A DNA stretch of 64,000 nt from Eubacteriales bacterium (GTDB lineage Bacteria > Bacillota > Clostridia > Oscillospirales > CAG-272): NCBI GenBank assembly GCA_045538685.1, contig JAZSRX010000013.1, positions 12,980 through 76,979 on the forward strand, in the 5' to 3' direction. Below are positions 36,801 through 47,300 of this stretch, piece by piece. Numbering within the stretch: the first letter of the stretch is position 1; each line of letters opens with the position of its first letter. The notes beneath the pieces were generated by a model, which was not told the DNA's origin, searched no databases, and was given only the letters and a program-made list of their open reading frames with translations. A program made the position numbers and the translations under genes.

Positions 36801-38731
36801 GTGCGGCTTGCAACAGCGAGGGCGTTAATCAGATCTGCACAAACGGTACAAAGACCGATTGCGTCAGCGAGGGCACCGCAGCTGTCGGCGACCACAATCT
36901 TACTCACACCGACGCAAAGGATGCGACCTGTGAGGCAACAGGTAACGTAGCATACGACACCTGCTCCGTTTGCGGAAAGAACTATGATGCAGACGGCAAC
37001 GTGCTTGAAAACGTTGTTATTCCCGCACTTGGCCACGCCTGGGGCGAGGGTGTTGAGGGTGACGGTAAGATCACCTACACCTGCGGCAATTGCGGCGCGA
37101 CAAAGGAGGAGCAGATAGTAGAGGATCCCTTCACCGTTACTGTAAATTACCTTTATCTTGACGGCAGTGTAGCAGCCGAGGCAGAGACCATTGAGGTTGC
37201 CGAAGGCGATATCTACACCGTAAATGCAAAGACCATTGAGGGCTACGTTCCCTCTCACGATTACGTTAAGCTTCACATTCTTGAAAGAACTAACGTTGTA
37301 ACAATCTACTATTCCGAGCTTGACACCTGGGACGGCACGTCCGTCAGCACGGGTCTGTCCGGCGATGGCACGGCTGAAAGCCCCTATCTCATTCAGTCTG
37401 CGGCTGATTTTGCATACTTTGCTTCTCAGCTTAATAACGCAGCAGTAGGTCAGACAGAGAACTTCCTGGGTCAGTATATCAAGATGACAAAGTCTATTGA
37501 CCTTAACGGCAATCTTCTTATTGCAGGTAACCACAGCGGTTGGAATAAGTACCAGGGCTTCGGCGGTACCTTCGACGGTAATAACTGCACGATCAGAGGC
37601 ATTAACGTTGAGCCTACCACAGGCACATCCTCCGCACTCTTCGGTTGTATTACAAAGGCAGGTACTCTTAAGAACCTTATCGTTTACGGTAATGCAAAGG
37701 GCGCAGCAACCGTTGGTGGCGTTGTAGCATATCAGCTCGGTACTGTTGACAACGTAACAAGCTACGTAACAGTAACTGCAACAGGCGGCACTATCGGTGG
37801 CGTTGTAGCAAACCAGGAGAGCAGTGCGGGCGTTCTTTCCAACTGTGTAAACTACGGCAATGTTACCAGCACTAGCTACATAGTAGGCGGTGTTACAGGC
37901 TCCGGCGGAGCAACTATAACTAACTGTGTAAACTGGGGTACCGTTCAGGCAGGTAGCGAAACTGTTGGCGGTATTGCAGGAACAACAAAGAATAAGGGTA
38001 CAATCTCCGGTTGTATCAACTACGGTGACGTTAAGACCACCGCAGGTGACAAGGGCATGGTTGGCGGTATCGCAGGTAAGCTTGTCAAGCCTATCGACAA
38101 CTGCGCAAACTACGGTACTATCACAGGTGCTAACACCACAGGCGGTATTGCAGGTAGCGCAGACAGCATCAGCACAATTACAAACTGCTATAACTACGGC
38201 GCAGTTAATGCTACCAGCTGGAATATTGGCGGTATCGTAGGCTCTACTGATGCAAATGTCAGCGATTGTATAAACTACGGTGATGTAACAAGCACCGCAG
38301 ACTGTGTCGGCGGTATCGCAGGATCTTCCAAGGCTATCATCTCCGGATGTACTAACTACGGTACAATTAAGGGCACCGGCAGATCTGCAGGTATTGCATA
38401 CTATTCTAACGGCACTATTGAAAACTGTATCAACAACGGCGACGTGATCGGTGGCTGGGACCTTGGCGGTATTCTTGCCTGGGTTGGCGACGGTCAGTCC
38501 GCAACCATTATTGGTTGTACCAACAATGCTAACATTACCGGTACTTGGAACAACGGCGGTATCTTCGGTCTTGCACACGATAACGCAGGCACCGTAACCA
38601 TCACAGACTGTACCAACAACGGACATATCGTATCCACCACCGGTGGACAGATCACCATTGCTGTTAAGGCGGTAATCACCGATTGCACCGAAAACGGCTC
38701 TTGGACGTCTGCAGAGGAAACAGCAGAATAA
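33896..38731 (+). CDS. 1611-aa non-catalytic surface lipoprotein: His/Cys repeats, MucBP-like domain, two GLUG-type beta-helix modules
   Basis: Lipobox LTSC; many H..C..CxxC repeats; two WDG..G.GT..PY.I caps followed by NCxNYG...VGGIxG repeats; no recognisable catalytic motif. Confidence 0.85.
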   Translation: MKTRSIILLMALMFVFALALTSCDAISQLLPGNQSHEHKWAEATCTSPKTCTECDATEGEALGHTEQVIPGKEATCTEEGYTEGKICTVCNEVTVAQQSTVAKGHSAIEAGCETASTCSVCHVVLSPALGHDEVDVAPTNPTCTEEGLTAGKACSRCDKVFVAQETIPALGHTEETLARVEPDCVNTGFTEGKKCSVCGDITVAQETIPALGHTEQTLARVEPDCVNTGFTEGKKCSVCGEITVAQETIPALGHTDETLARVEPDCVNTGLTEGKKCSVCGEITVAQETIPALGHTEEVIPGFAPTCTATGLTDGKKCTVCGVITQARQDIPANNHKDDDGDFKCDVCSAVLCTSHVASEPVQEEYKAATCTEAGSYVLVTYCANCQYTMNRETKVIDALGHTDEILPAVAPTCTQTGLTEGKKCSVCSAILKEQEKVDIVPHTPGEWIVTTSPTCETDGERLAQCTVCSAIAKQEAINKLGHAYSVVYTWSEDGSTCTATEICQNDNSHVRNTETATVSTVDLDVSKSGVKFTYNVVFANDSFEAQSVEKSGELALENKIATVTAPEIAGRVASHDFVKFSFHDEEATYKFTINYSEIDVWDGSVATEFAGGSGTENDPYIIKTGAQLAYLAKLAMDGTAAKDSVYGTGIYYKLAASLDLSGHQWTPIAMYDKGYSWTYFDGIFDGAGHKIIFNIETTSYGYGLFAGLGANSVVKNLTLYGSVKTAHRAGALAYITQSGAYVENVTNYASVTCTATGGYVGGLVGSLSGADSVMNNCVNYGTVSSAGKQTGGITGTTPATITNSVNFGDVTCTPGTVGGITGTSTTAKIIGCANYGAIDGEGTCGGIVGNITTNTTVSLCVNYGAVTASSWNLGGIGGYMGAGSSVLGCANYGSVILSDKSNVGGIIGNNLGAVGDYVAADGTVYHTVNYGTVTGPKNVGGIAGYAYDSKTGTNGTMTNAVNYGTVKGAACNSEGVNQICTNGTKTDCVSEGTAAVGDHNLTHTDAKDATCEATGNVAYDTCSVCGKNYDADGNVLENVVIPALGHAWGEGVEGDGKITYTCGNCGATKEEQIVEDPFTVTVNYLYLDGSVAAEAETIEVAEGDIYTVNAKTIEGYVPSHDYVKLHILERTNVVTIYYSELDTWDGTSVSTGLSGDGTAESPYLIQSAADFAYFASQLNNAAVGQTENFLGQYIKMTKSIDLNGNLLIAGNHSGWNKYQGFGGTFDGNNCTIRGINVEPTTGTSSALFGCITKAGTLKNLIVYGNAKGAATVGGVVAYQLGTVDNVTSYVTVTATGGTIGGVVANQESSAGVLSNCVNYGNVTSTSYIVGGVTGSGGATITNCVNWGTVQAGSETVGGIAGTTKNKGTISGCINYGDVKTTAGDKGMVGGIAGKLVKPIDNCANYGTITGANTTGGIAGSADSISTITNCYNYGAVNATSWNIGGIVGSTDANVSDCINYGDVTSTADCVGGIAGSSKAIISGCTNYGTIKGTGRSAGIAYYSNGTIENCINNGDVIGGWDLGGILAWVGDGQSATIIGCTNNANITGTWNNGGIFGLAHDNAGTVTITDCTNNGHIVSTTGGQITIAVKAVITDCTENGSWTSAEETAE
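34379..34790 (+). repeat. 123-bp (41-aa) intragenic tandem repeat, 3 full near-identical copies plus a partial copy
   Basis: GTAGC.CAGGAGAC.ATTCCCGC recurs at 34379, 34502, 34625 and 34748. Confidence 0.95.
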
Positions 38732-38743
38732 TTAAATAACAAT

Positions 38744-38774
38744 TGCAAGAAAGGGCATCTCGCCCTTTCTTGCA
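38744..38774 (+). other. perfect 13-bp intergenic stem-loop without U-tract
   Basis: TGCAAGAAAGGGC-ATCTC-GCCCTTTCTTGCA followed by CACCAAAAA. Confidence 0.85.
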
Positions 38775-38798
38775 CACCAAAAATGAAATCAGGGGAAA

Positions 38799-41534
38799 AT
38801 GATGAAAACTAAAATTCTTTGTTCATCACTTATTTTAGCACTTTCACTTTGCGCTCTTACCTCCTGCAGGGAAGAGCACACCCATCGGTTCTCCACCGAG
38901 TATTTCGGTGACGGGACACATCATTGGCATCAATGCGACTGCAAGGAAATTGCGGAAAAGGAAGAGCACCTATGGGACGAGGGAAGGATACTTATTTATC
39001 CCACCACCGAGTCCGAGGGCATAGAGTCCTTTAAATGTACGGAATGCGGATATGAAAAGAGCGAGGCGGTAGCAAGGCTTGAGCAGACACACTCTCACAG
39101 CTTTGACAGCGGTAAGGTCAATTCGGACGGACTTATCGAATACACCTGCTCCTGCGGATTTAAAAAGACCGAGCCGCCTGTAGGCAATTATGCCGTGACC
39201 ACGTTGAAGGCGGTTGAGGGAGATATTATTAAGTTTATTTACACAGACATTAGCGCGGGCGGTCTTGTCGAGGTGGTTTTACCCGAGATCGACGGATACG
39301 TTCCCGAGTACGATAGATTTATTATTGACGTTGAAAATAATTCTTCGGAAAACACTATATATTATTCGCCCCTGAGCATCTGGGACGGTATCTCTGTAAG
39401 TGAGAGACTGTCCGGCGAGGGAACGGAAGAGAGCCCTTATCTTATTCAGAGTGCGGCGGATTTTGCATACCTTATGGCAGGCGATTTTGCAGGAAAGCAT
39501 TTCAAGCTGACGGTCAGCGTTGACCTTGCCGATAATGCCTTCCACGTTGACAGCTTTAACGGTGTAATTGATGGAAATCATTGCTCCATAAGGGGAATAA
39601 GTAATTCCAAGGGACTCTTCGGAACTCTCGGAAAGAACAGCGTAGCTTGTAACCTCAGTCTTTACGGTGATGTCGTAGCTGCGCAGAACGTGGGCGTGCT
39701 TGCGGCTACGTCTTATGGAAAGCTGTCGGGAATTGTAAATTACGTAAGTCTCGTGGGAAACGGCAGACTCGGCGGAATTGTTTACAGCTCATCGGGTATT
39801 TTTGAAAACTGCAAAAACTACGGCGATATTAAGGGTCAGTGGGATATTGGCGGCATAGTCGGTTACATTGCTCCGGGATATCAGTCAACTGTAAGTGGTT
39901 GTGTCAATTACGGAAAGATAAGTGGCACCACGGGCGTTGGAGGCATTTTTGGATTTGCCGATCCCTCTGCCTCGATAATCGTTACGGATAGCGTAAATTA
40001 CGGTAATATCACCGCAACCTGGGGAGGCGGCGGAATAGGCGGAAACATCAGCCGAGAGTCTGTCGTTTCGGGCTGCGAAAGCTACGGAAGCGTGATTGGT
40101 GACGGAGAGCTTGGCGGTATCGTCGGTAAGTGCAGCGGTAAGCTGACCGACAACACTAATTACGGTCGGGTATCCGGCAAGGTGGATATTATCGGCGGCG
40201 TTATCGGACATCTTCACGACACGACCTACGGAAGGGAGATCGTTGAAACCAACAAAAACCTGGGAGAGGTAAGCGGTCCAAATGCCTGCGATCTGGTGGG
40301 TGACGGATACGTTTACACCGAGGAGGAAAGCGGGGCATCCGGTCCTCTGACAGAGGAGGAATTCAAGGCACAGCCCGCAATGTACGGTTCTCCCTGGATG
40401 AATGCGAAAACACGCATGAAAATAGTGATTAAAATCAAGATGGCCAAGGGTACGGTCATTACCTTCCTTGGCGACACCTCGGTTTATTGCTGGGGCGTGA
40501 TGGAGACCACGGATAAGGATAATGCGTCAAGCGGCGCATGGAAGGACTCGGGCTGGAACACAAGCTGGGCTGATCCCACAGTCAAAACCTATACTACCAC
40601 CTATGCAGCGGGATATCTTGTTCTCACCGTGGGAAGGCTGGATTCATCGGGAAAACCTAACGTAGAGCTTACCGCAGATGAGGTTAATAATATTCACAGC
40701 ATGTTTAAGGTTGAGGGCGAGAAGGCGGGCTCCGACGGATCGGGCTCCAATAACAACGTCTGGCTTGACGAGGATATGGTGAGTATTAACCACCGTGGCT
40801 GGCACAAGGCACCCGAGAACACTCTCTCCGCCTACGAGGAATCCTATAATCAGGGCTTCAAGTACGTAGAATGTGACGTTCAGTTTACAAAAGACGGTAT
40901 TCCCGTCCTTCTTCATGATGATACCATTGACCGTACGTCAAACGGCAGCGGTACGTTGAGTCAGATGACCTATGCGGAGCTTTTGCAATACGATTTTTCC
41001 TATGATCACAATGATACCGTCAACGATTTCAGCGCGTACAGAGGAGAGAAGATACCCACCTTCGAGGAGTTCATCGCCCTGTGTAAGAGACTTGGACTTC
41101 ATCCTTATATTGAGATAAAGGGAAATATAACCGATGCAGAGGCAAGGCTTCTTTTGAAGATAGTCTCCGATGCGGATATGCTGAGGGGTGTTTCCTGGCT
41201 CAGCTTCTCGGGAGATGCGCTTGCTAAAATTGCGGACAACTGTCCCGGTGCGCGTCTTGTCTGGGTGCTGACGGATACAAATGCGGCGAAGATCCGTGCG
41301 AACAACATTCCCTTTGCAAAGGCAAATCTTATGACGGGTGAGAGCGAGGTCGTGTTCGATCTGTATTATACTCTTGCTAAGCAGGATGTTTGCGACCTTC
41401 TGAGGACTGAGGGTATTCCCCTCGAGGTCTGGACGGTTAACAGCATAGACGCAATACTCTCTCTCGATCCTTACGTCAGCGGTGTTACCAGCGACTCCCT
41501 GAACGCAAAGGAAATTATTGATGATTCAAAATAA
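38799..41534 (+). CDS. lipoprotein: His/Cys repeats + GLUG beta-helix + glycerophosphodiester phosphodiesterase (GDPD)
   Basis: Lipobox LTSC; C-terminal NHRG..APENTL, VECDV..TKDG.PVLLHD.TIDRT, IPT.EE, IEIK, WTVN, GVTSD. Confidence 0.9.
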   Translation: MMKTKILCSSLILALSLCALTSCREEHTHRFSTEYFGDGTHHWHQCDCKEIAEKEEHLWDEGRILIYPTTESEGIESFKCTECGYEKSEAVARLEQTHSHSFDSGKVNSDGLIEYTCSCGFKKTEPPVGNYAVTTLKAVEGDIIKFIYTDISAGGLVEVVLPEIDGYVPEYDRFIIDVENNSSENTIYYSPLSIWDGISVSERLSGEGTEESPYLIQSAADFAYLMAGDFAGKHFKLTVSVDLADNAFHVDSFNGVIDGNHCSIRGISNSKGLFGTLGKNSVACNLSLYGDVVAAQNVGVLAATSYGKLSGIVNYVSLVGNGRLGGIVYSSSGIFENCKNYGDIKGQWDIGGIVGYIAPGYQSTVSGCVNYGKISGTTGVGGIFGFADPSASIIVTDSVNYGNITATWGGGGIGGNISRESVVSGCESYGSVIGDGELGGIVGKCSGKLTDNTNYGRVSGKVDIIGGVIGHLHDTTYGREIVETNKNLGEVSGPNACDLVGDGYVYTEEESGASGPLTEEEFKAQPAMYGSPWMNAKTRMKIVIKIKMAKGTVITFLGDTSVYCWGVMETTDKDNASSGAWKDSGWNTSWADPTVKTYTTTYAAGYLVLTVGRLDSSGKPNVELTADEVNNIHSMFKVEGEKAGSDGSGSNNNVWLDEDMVSINHRGWHKAPENTLSAYEESYNQGFKYVECDVQFTKDGIPVLLHDDTIDRTSNGSGTLSQMTYAELLQYDFSYDHNDTVNDFSAYRGEKIPTFEEFIALCKRLGLHPYIEIKGNITDAEARLLLKIVSDADMLRGVSWLSFSGDALAKIADNCPGARLVWVLTDTNAAKIRANNIPFAKANLMTGESEVVFDLYYTLAKQDVCDLLRTEGIPLEVWTVNSIDAILSLDPYVSGVTSDSLNAKEIIDDSK

Positions 41535-41558
41535 ATTATTAATAAATGAGGTGAAGTG

Positions 41559-44303
41559 ATGAAAAAGATTGTTTGCTTACTGCTTGCATTTCTAATGATT
41601 CTTTCTTTTGCATCCTGCGGTCTTTTTGATAGGGATGAGCCGGATACGGGAGGACCGGATACGGGAGGGCCGGGAGACGATCTCGGTGATGAACCTGAAG
41701 AAAAAATTGTGGGGAGTGAAAATGTCATTAACGTTTACTTAATTGCCGGACAGTCTAATGCTGTCGGATACGGAATGGATACCGGAGGGCAGGTTGCGAG
41801 CTCTGACGAGAGATTTACCTCCGGATTTGAAAACGTACTTTATTTCGGTAACCAGGAACGCTGGAACGGCAAGGATCTGAGTCGCGGCTTTGATCCCGTC
41901 ACACTTGGTATGGGTGTTGCGTCTAACCGCTCCGGTGCTGAGATTGGTATTGCCTCGGCTATTGCAGACGAGGGCGGAATGAACGCAATTATCAAGTGTG
42001 CCTGGGGTGCTACTCACCTTTATCCCGACACGCTTTACAGCATTTCAAAGGAACAGGGAACCTGGACGTCCCCTTCCTATATCGCAAAGCATAACATTGA
42101 CACCGAAAGAAATCCTATGGTCGGTAATATGTACAATCGTTTTGTGGACACCGTGAAGGAGGGTTTGAATCTCCTTATAGAGGATGGATATACTCCCGTC
42201 ATCAAGGGTGTCTGGTGGATGCAGGGCGAGGCAGAGATGTTCACTCGAGAGATGGCATCCGCATACAAGGAGCTCTACGAAACCCTGATCTCTGACACGC
42301 GCGCTATGCTTAGCGAGGTTACGGGCTACGATTGCTCGGTCGTGCCTTTTATTTGCGGTCTTCCCAAGTGGAATACAAATAACAGCCCCGCCCCCGCATT
42401 CCAGACCTTCGTAAGAAATTCTATGACCTCAGTGGCAGACCAGGTCGATAACGTTGGATACGTAGACTGTATGCCCCTTACCCAGCACGACGATTGGCAC
42501 TTCGACGCTCAGGGACAGAGGTATCTTGGCGAGAACTTCATCTCGCTTATCAAGGACTTCGAGTTCACCAGCGATACGGGAATTGCCGAGAAGGTCAACA
42601 TAGACGGTGACATCGGTATTCTTTCTGCTGAGAGAGGTATGAGCTTCCGCGCTAACCTTACAAGCTATAACAGCGATAACAAATACGAATACGGCTTCGT
42701 CGTTATTCCTACGGAAAGACTTCTCAAGAGTGGCATCAGATCCATGTTTATAGATGAGTTTGACAGACTCGGTATCGAGTACAGGCAGATAAAGGCAAAT
42801 GTTACCGTGGAAAAGATCGACGAGAATTACTCCGATATTTATTTTGACGGCAAGCTTACAGGTATTACATACAAGGATCTCAATACCCGCTTTACCGCTA
42901 TTGCTTATGTAAAAAGCCCTGTAGGAGACTATGTTTATTCTGCGGGCCGTGCGGAAAGTCTTGCGAGACTTGCCAGCGAGGAGCTTTACAGCGGCGGTGA
43001 GATGAGCGACGACCTTCAGAAGCTGGTCAACCTCGGACTCAACTCGGCAGCAGGTCTTCCGGAGTCCTCCTCGGGCAGCAATCCCAACTTCAGTCTTATC
43101 TCCGATGACAGCATTGCCCTGAGCTATTCCGAGGCTGAGAGCGTTTATAAGCTTAACGTAACAAAATCTATCGACGTTGATTATTTCGTAAAGTATACCT
43201 CGGCAGATCCCAAGATCGTCACGGTTGACGATAAGGGCGTCCTGGAGGTCGTCGGTATTGGAGAAACCTACGTTTTGGTAGAGTGTGCGGGAATCAGCAG
43301 GAGAATTAATGTCTCCGTTGAAAATCTCTCGGTAGATGGCATCAGCTTCGACGGTGTGATCTCCGACGGTGAGTATGTCGGTGAGGTTATTACTGCGGCA
43401 AATGCAAATCTTTCCGCCAAGATCTCCGGTATGATAAAGAACGGAAATCTTTACATGGCCTTCGAGCTTGATCACGGTGCGTGGAGTTCGCTTAATAACG
43501 ATTGGTGGATGAACGATAACGTGGAGTTCAAGCTCAACGGAGGAACCTCTCATACCGTAGTCTTCTACGAGGGTGTTCCTACCTATTCAAGCAATATTAC
43601 ACACGGCGTTTCAAAGACTGTTGAGAAGGACGGCAGACTGATTACTACCATAGAGCTTTGCGTTGAGGGTATAGACGGTATCCGCCAGCTCAAGGTGGGT
43701 ATGAACGGTGAGAACTTCTCCTGGCTCGGAGCACTTTGGACGGGTGACGATAACATGGCGTTCATTTCCGAGGAGGGTATCCTTGTCGGAAAGCCTCTGA
43801 ACGTTGGAGGCGGAATCGTCCTTGATGGCAAGCTTGACGATGCGGTCTATACCGAGACCGTTAAGAATAACAGCATCACCGCAACTGCGAACGGTGCTGC
43901 CGTTGATATCATTGGTACGCTTACCGATGACGGTGTGCTTTACGGCGTGACCGTTGATCATAAGCTTGCTCCCGAGCTCTCTACTGACGGCTCTAACCGT
44001 TGGTGGACGTATATGGGAATTGAATTTCACTTTAACGGCACGGATAAGCAGTTTATGGCTTTGGCTAACAACCACACCTCTGTGGGCGATATACTCGCCT
44101 ACTGCAGCACAGTGCAGACCAACAGCGGATATACGACGGTCTTTGAAATATTTATTCCTTATGAGTCTATCGGTGTCGCAAGCACCGTGGATAGTCTTAA
44201 ATTTACCGCCAGCGGTTGGTTTGAGAACGGTTGGTGCTGGATGCTGAACAGCAGCTGGGATCCGTCTCACACCATTACAAAGGACGGATTATCTAAAAAC
44301 TAA
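41559..44303 (+). CDS. SASA/CE6-like O-acetylesterase lipoprotein + Big_2 + two CBM9/DOMON-like domains
   Basis: Lipobox FASC; IAGQSNA.G, G.EIG, WMQGE, DDWHF; SADPKIVTVD; DG.ISDGEY / LDGKLDD repeats. GTG 41556 is an alternative start. Confidence 0.85.
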   Translation: MKKIVCLLLAFLMILSFASCGLFDRDEPDTGGPDTGGPGDDLGDEPEEKIVGSENVINVYLIAGQSNAVGYGMDTGGQVASSDERFTSGFENVLYFGNQERWNGKDLSRGFDPVTLGMGVASNRSGAEIGIASAIADEGGMNAIIKCAWGATHLYPDTLYSISKEQGTWTSPSYIAKHNIDTERNPMVGNMYNRFVDTVKEGLNLLIEDGYTPVIKGVWWMQGEAEMFTREMASAYKELYETLISDTRAMLSEVTGYDCSVVPFICGLPKWNTNNSPAPAFQTFVRNSMTSVADQVDNVGYVDCMPLTQHDDWHFDAQGQRYLGENFISLIKDFEFTSDTGIAEKVNIDGDIGILSAERGMSFRANLTSYNSDNKYEYGFVVIPTERLLKSGIRSMFIDEFDRLGIEYRQIKANVTVEKIDENYSDIYFDGKLTGITYKDLNTRFTAIAYVKSPVGDYVYSAGRAESLARLASEELYSGGEMSDDLQKLVNLGLNSAAGLPESSSGSNPNFSLISDDSIALSYSEAESVYKLNVTKSIDVDYFVKYTSADPKIVTVDDKGVLEVVGIGETYVLVECAGISRRINVSVENLSVDGISFDGVISDGEYVGEVITAANANLSAKISGMIKNGNLYMAFELDHGAWSSLNNDWWMNDNVEFKLNGGTSHTVVFYEGVPTYSSNITHGVSKTVEKDGRLITTIELCVEGIDGIRQLKVGMNGENFSWLGALWTGDDNMAFISEEGILVGKPLNVGGGIVLDGKLDDAVYTETVKNNSITATANGAAVDIIGTLTDDGVLYGVTVDHKLAPELSTDGSNRWWTYMGIEFHFNGTDKQFMALANNHTSVGDILAYCSTVQTNSGYTTVFEIFIPYESIGVASTVDSLKFTASGWFENGWCWMLNSSWDPSHTITKDGLSKN

Positions 44304-44321
44304 ATTATAGGAGGAACCCGT

Positions 44322-47300
44322 ATGAAAAACAGAATATTAATACTTGTTTTTGTTCTCCTGCTTTCGATTTTCTGCTCATGCAGACGGGTAGAAGAGCATA
44401 CTCATGAATTTTCTGACAAGTATTCGTCCGATGAGACAAGTCATTGGTATGGCTGCGATTGCGGTGAGAAGTCCGAGGTGGCAGAGCACACGTTCGGTAA
44501 TAGCGTGACAGTCATCTATCCCACAACCGAATCAGAGGGACTCAAGTCCACTAAGTGCAGCGTGTGCGGATATGACAAGAAGGAAGCTATTCCAAAGCTT
44601 GAGCAGACGCACAAGCACTCCTTTGACAACCTCGTTAGCAACGAGGAGGGCCATTGGTACGAGTGCGTATGCGGTGAGACCGAGGGCAAGAATAATCATA
44701 GCTGGGACAGCGGTGCTGTGACCATCCCCGCAGGAGAGGTTGAGACAGGCGTAAAGACCCTGACCTGTACCGAGTGCGGTGAAAAGGTAAGCGAAAATAT
44801 CCCTTCTGCAAAGGAAAGCGGTCTTTCCTTCCTCAGGGAGACCCATTACAGACTGTCCGACAAGCTTTCCGCAACTCCCCTGACCATTGAGGCAGTGATC
44901 CGTGTTGATCGCTCAATGTCCGAGAGAGTCGGCGCTATCTTCAGTAACTATTACGGTATCAGAGAGGACTGGCATTTTGAGATCTATGATGGCGGTATTC
45001 CGAGATTTTACTACACCGATGCGGCGGGTAATATCCAGGATATCAGATTTAACAACGTTGACGTAAGAACGGGTGAATTCCTTCACATCGCTCTCACCTT
45101 CGACTTCTTTGAGGGTATGGTCTCTCTTTACATTAACGGCGAGATAGAGCAGATCATTATCTGCGACGTGGATCTGGCAGACGATATCACCAGATATCAG
45201 TTCGTTATCGGTGGCGATAACAGATCGAACAACGGTGATTACTTCAAGGGACAGATCAGCTCCGTTGCGGTTTACTCCGACGTAAGAACCGCAGATGAGA
45301 TAGCAAGAAGTGCCGAGAAGGGAACTAACCTTTATGCAGACGACCTGCTTGCCGCTTACCTTCTCAACGAGAATAGCGGCGGTAAGGATATTCAGGATCT
45401 CTCGGGCAACGATTACATTATTCAGAAGGAATGGCTCGACAGCCGTGAGACCACTATTGATTACGCATACTCATTCGCGGTAGTAGGCGATACTCAGTGG
45501 CTCTCCAAATATAAGCCCGAAAAGTTTGAGGGCATATACGATTGGATCCTTGAAAACAAGGACAGCAAGAAGATTGCCCACGTATTCGGTCTCGGTGATA
45601 TTACCGAGGATTGGAACACCGCCGGTAAGGAAAGCGAGTGGATCAGGGCACAGCAGTATATCTACAAGCTTAACGGTGTCGTTCCTTACTCTCTCGTTCG
45701 CGGTAACCACGACGAATCAAAGTACTTCAACAAGTACTTTGCCACTAAGGAGTATATGGATCAGTTCGGCGGTTACTTTATGACCGAGGGCGATATAAGA
45801 AACTCTTATAAGCTGGTCACTATCGGCACTACCGATTATCTCTTCCTCACCATTGACTTCGGTGCGAGCGATGAGATCCTGGCATGGGCAAACGACGTAG
45901 TCATCAGATATCCCGACCGCAGAGTAATAGTCACGACCCACGCATATCACGGCTATGACGGAGGTCACCTTAACTTTGACAACGTACCCAGCAGCGGTAA
46001 CATTCACGCAGGCTCTGACGTTGACACGAGCGTTGGTGACAACCCCGGCAGAGGATATAATAACGGTCAGCAAATCTGGGAGAAGTTTATTTCTCTTCAT
46101 CCCAACATCTTCCTCGTAATGAGCGGACATACCCCTCTTGAAGACGTATTCGTTCTTAAGTCCGAGGGCGTTCACGGCAACGTTGTCACCCAGATGCTTA
46201 TCGACCCCCAGTGGATGGATCCTCAGAAGGACGGTACGGGCATGGTTTGTATGCTCTACTTCTCCGAGGACGGCAGACAGATTGAGGTTGAGTGGATCTG
46301 TACCGATAACGGTATGTACTATAAGGAGCAGAATCAGTTTGTAATGGATCTTGAGGGCTCATTTGATAATCCCTCCCACGATTTCAAGAGCTCCTATAAC
46401 GAGGCCCTTCATTTTATGGCTTGTGATTGCGGATACATTCACAGCAAGGAGGCTCACAGCTTCGACGGCGGCACTCTTACCCAGGACGGATTTATGGAGT
46501 ACAGCTGTGAGTGTGGCTATAAGAGAATCGCATCTGCAACAGACGATCCTATAGCTCTTGAGCTTCAGAAGATCATTGAGAAATATTACAACGGCGGAGT
46601 TTATTACAAGTCCACCTCCTCCGCTACAAGCTTCTTCAACCGAGAGATCTTCTGGGGAGAGGACGACAGTAACCTCGGAAACACCGCAGATTTCCTTACT
46701 CTCTACGACATTTTGATGGGCAAACGCGGCGATCTTCGTATGGACCTTGGTTGGAATTGCTTCGACGGAGTTTATTCCTCTGCAAATGAAAGCACTGTAA
46801 GCGGTGTAACCGAGCTTGTACTCGGAGCAGCAAACGGCAGAATCAACAAGGTCAGCATCGAGGAAAACGGTGCGCAGCTCCTTATCAAGCTCTATGAAGG
46901 CGATAGCGTTGTCACCGAGGCTACGGTAGGTCTTTACGCAACGACGATCCTTCTCGGACAGGATGGTGCCGAGCTTGGAAGGATCTATAACAAGGTTGAT
47001 GCCGACGGCCTTTGCAGAATAGAAACTCCCGCATTCAGCGGACTTGTTTCGGAATACGACAGCATTATCCTTAGCATGAATCACGACGATCTCGTGAAGA
47101 CGGTTTACTATTCTCCCATTACCGTTTGGGACGGTAAAACCGTAAGCTCTTCTCTCTCGGGAAGCGGTACTGAGACCGATCCCTTCCTGGTTCAGAACGG
47201 TGCGGATCTGGCGTATATCGCAAGAATCGTAAATTCCGCTGCTGCCGCAACTCCCAACTTCTCCGGCAAATACTTCAAGATGACTCAGTCTATCGACCTT

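Noticed and set aside
35336..38626. 1096-aa minus-strand ORF, and similar long antisense ORFs (34034-35320, 46359-48269, 61767-63743, 490-1470, 27034-28041, 42429-43553)
   Set aside because: They lie opposite well-supported genes. They are shadows of sense-strand codon bias (few TTA/CTA/TCA codons) and repetitive sequence, with no SD and no recognisable motifs.
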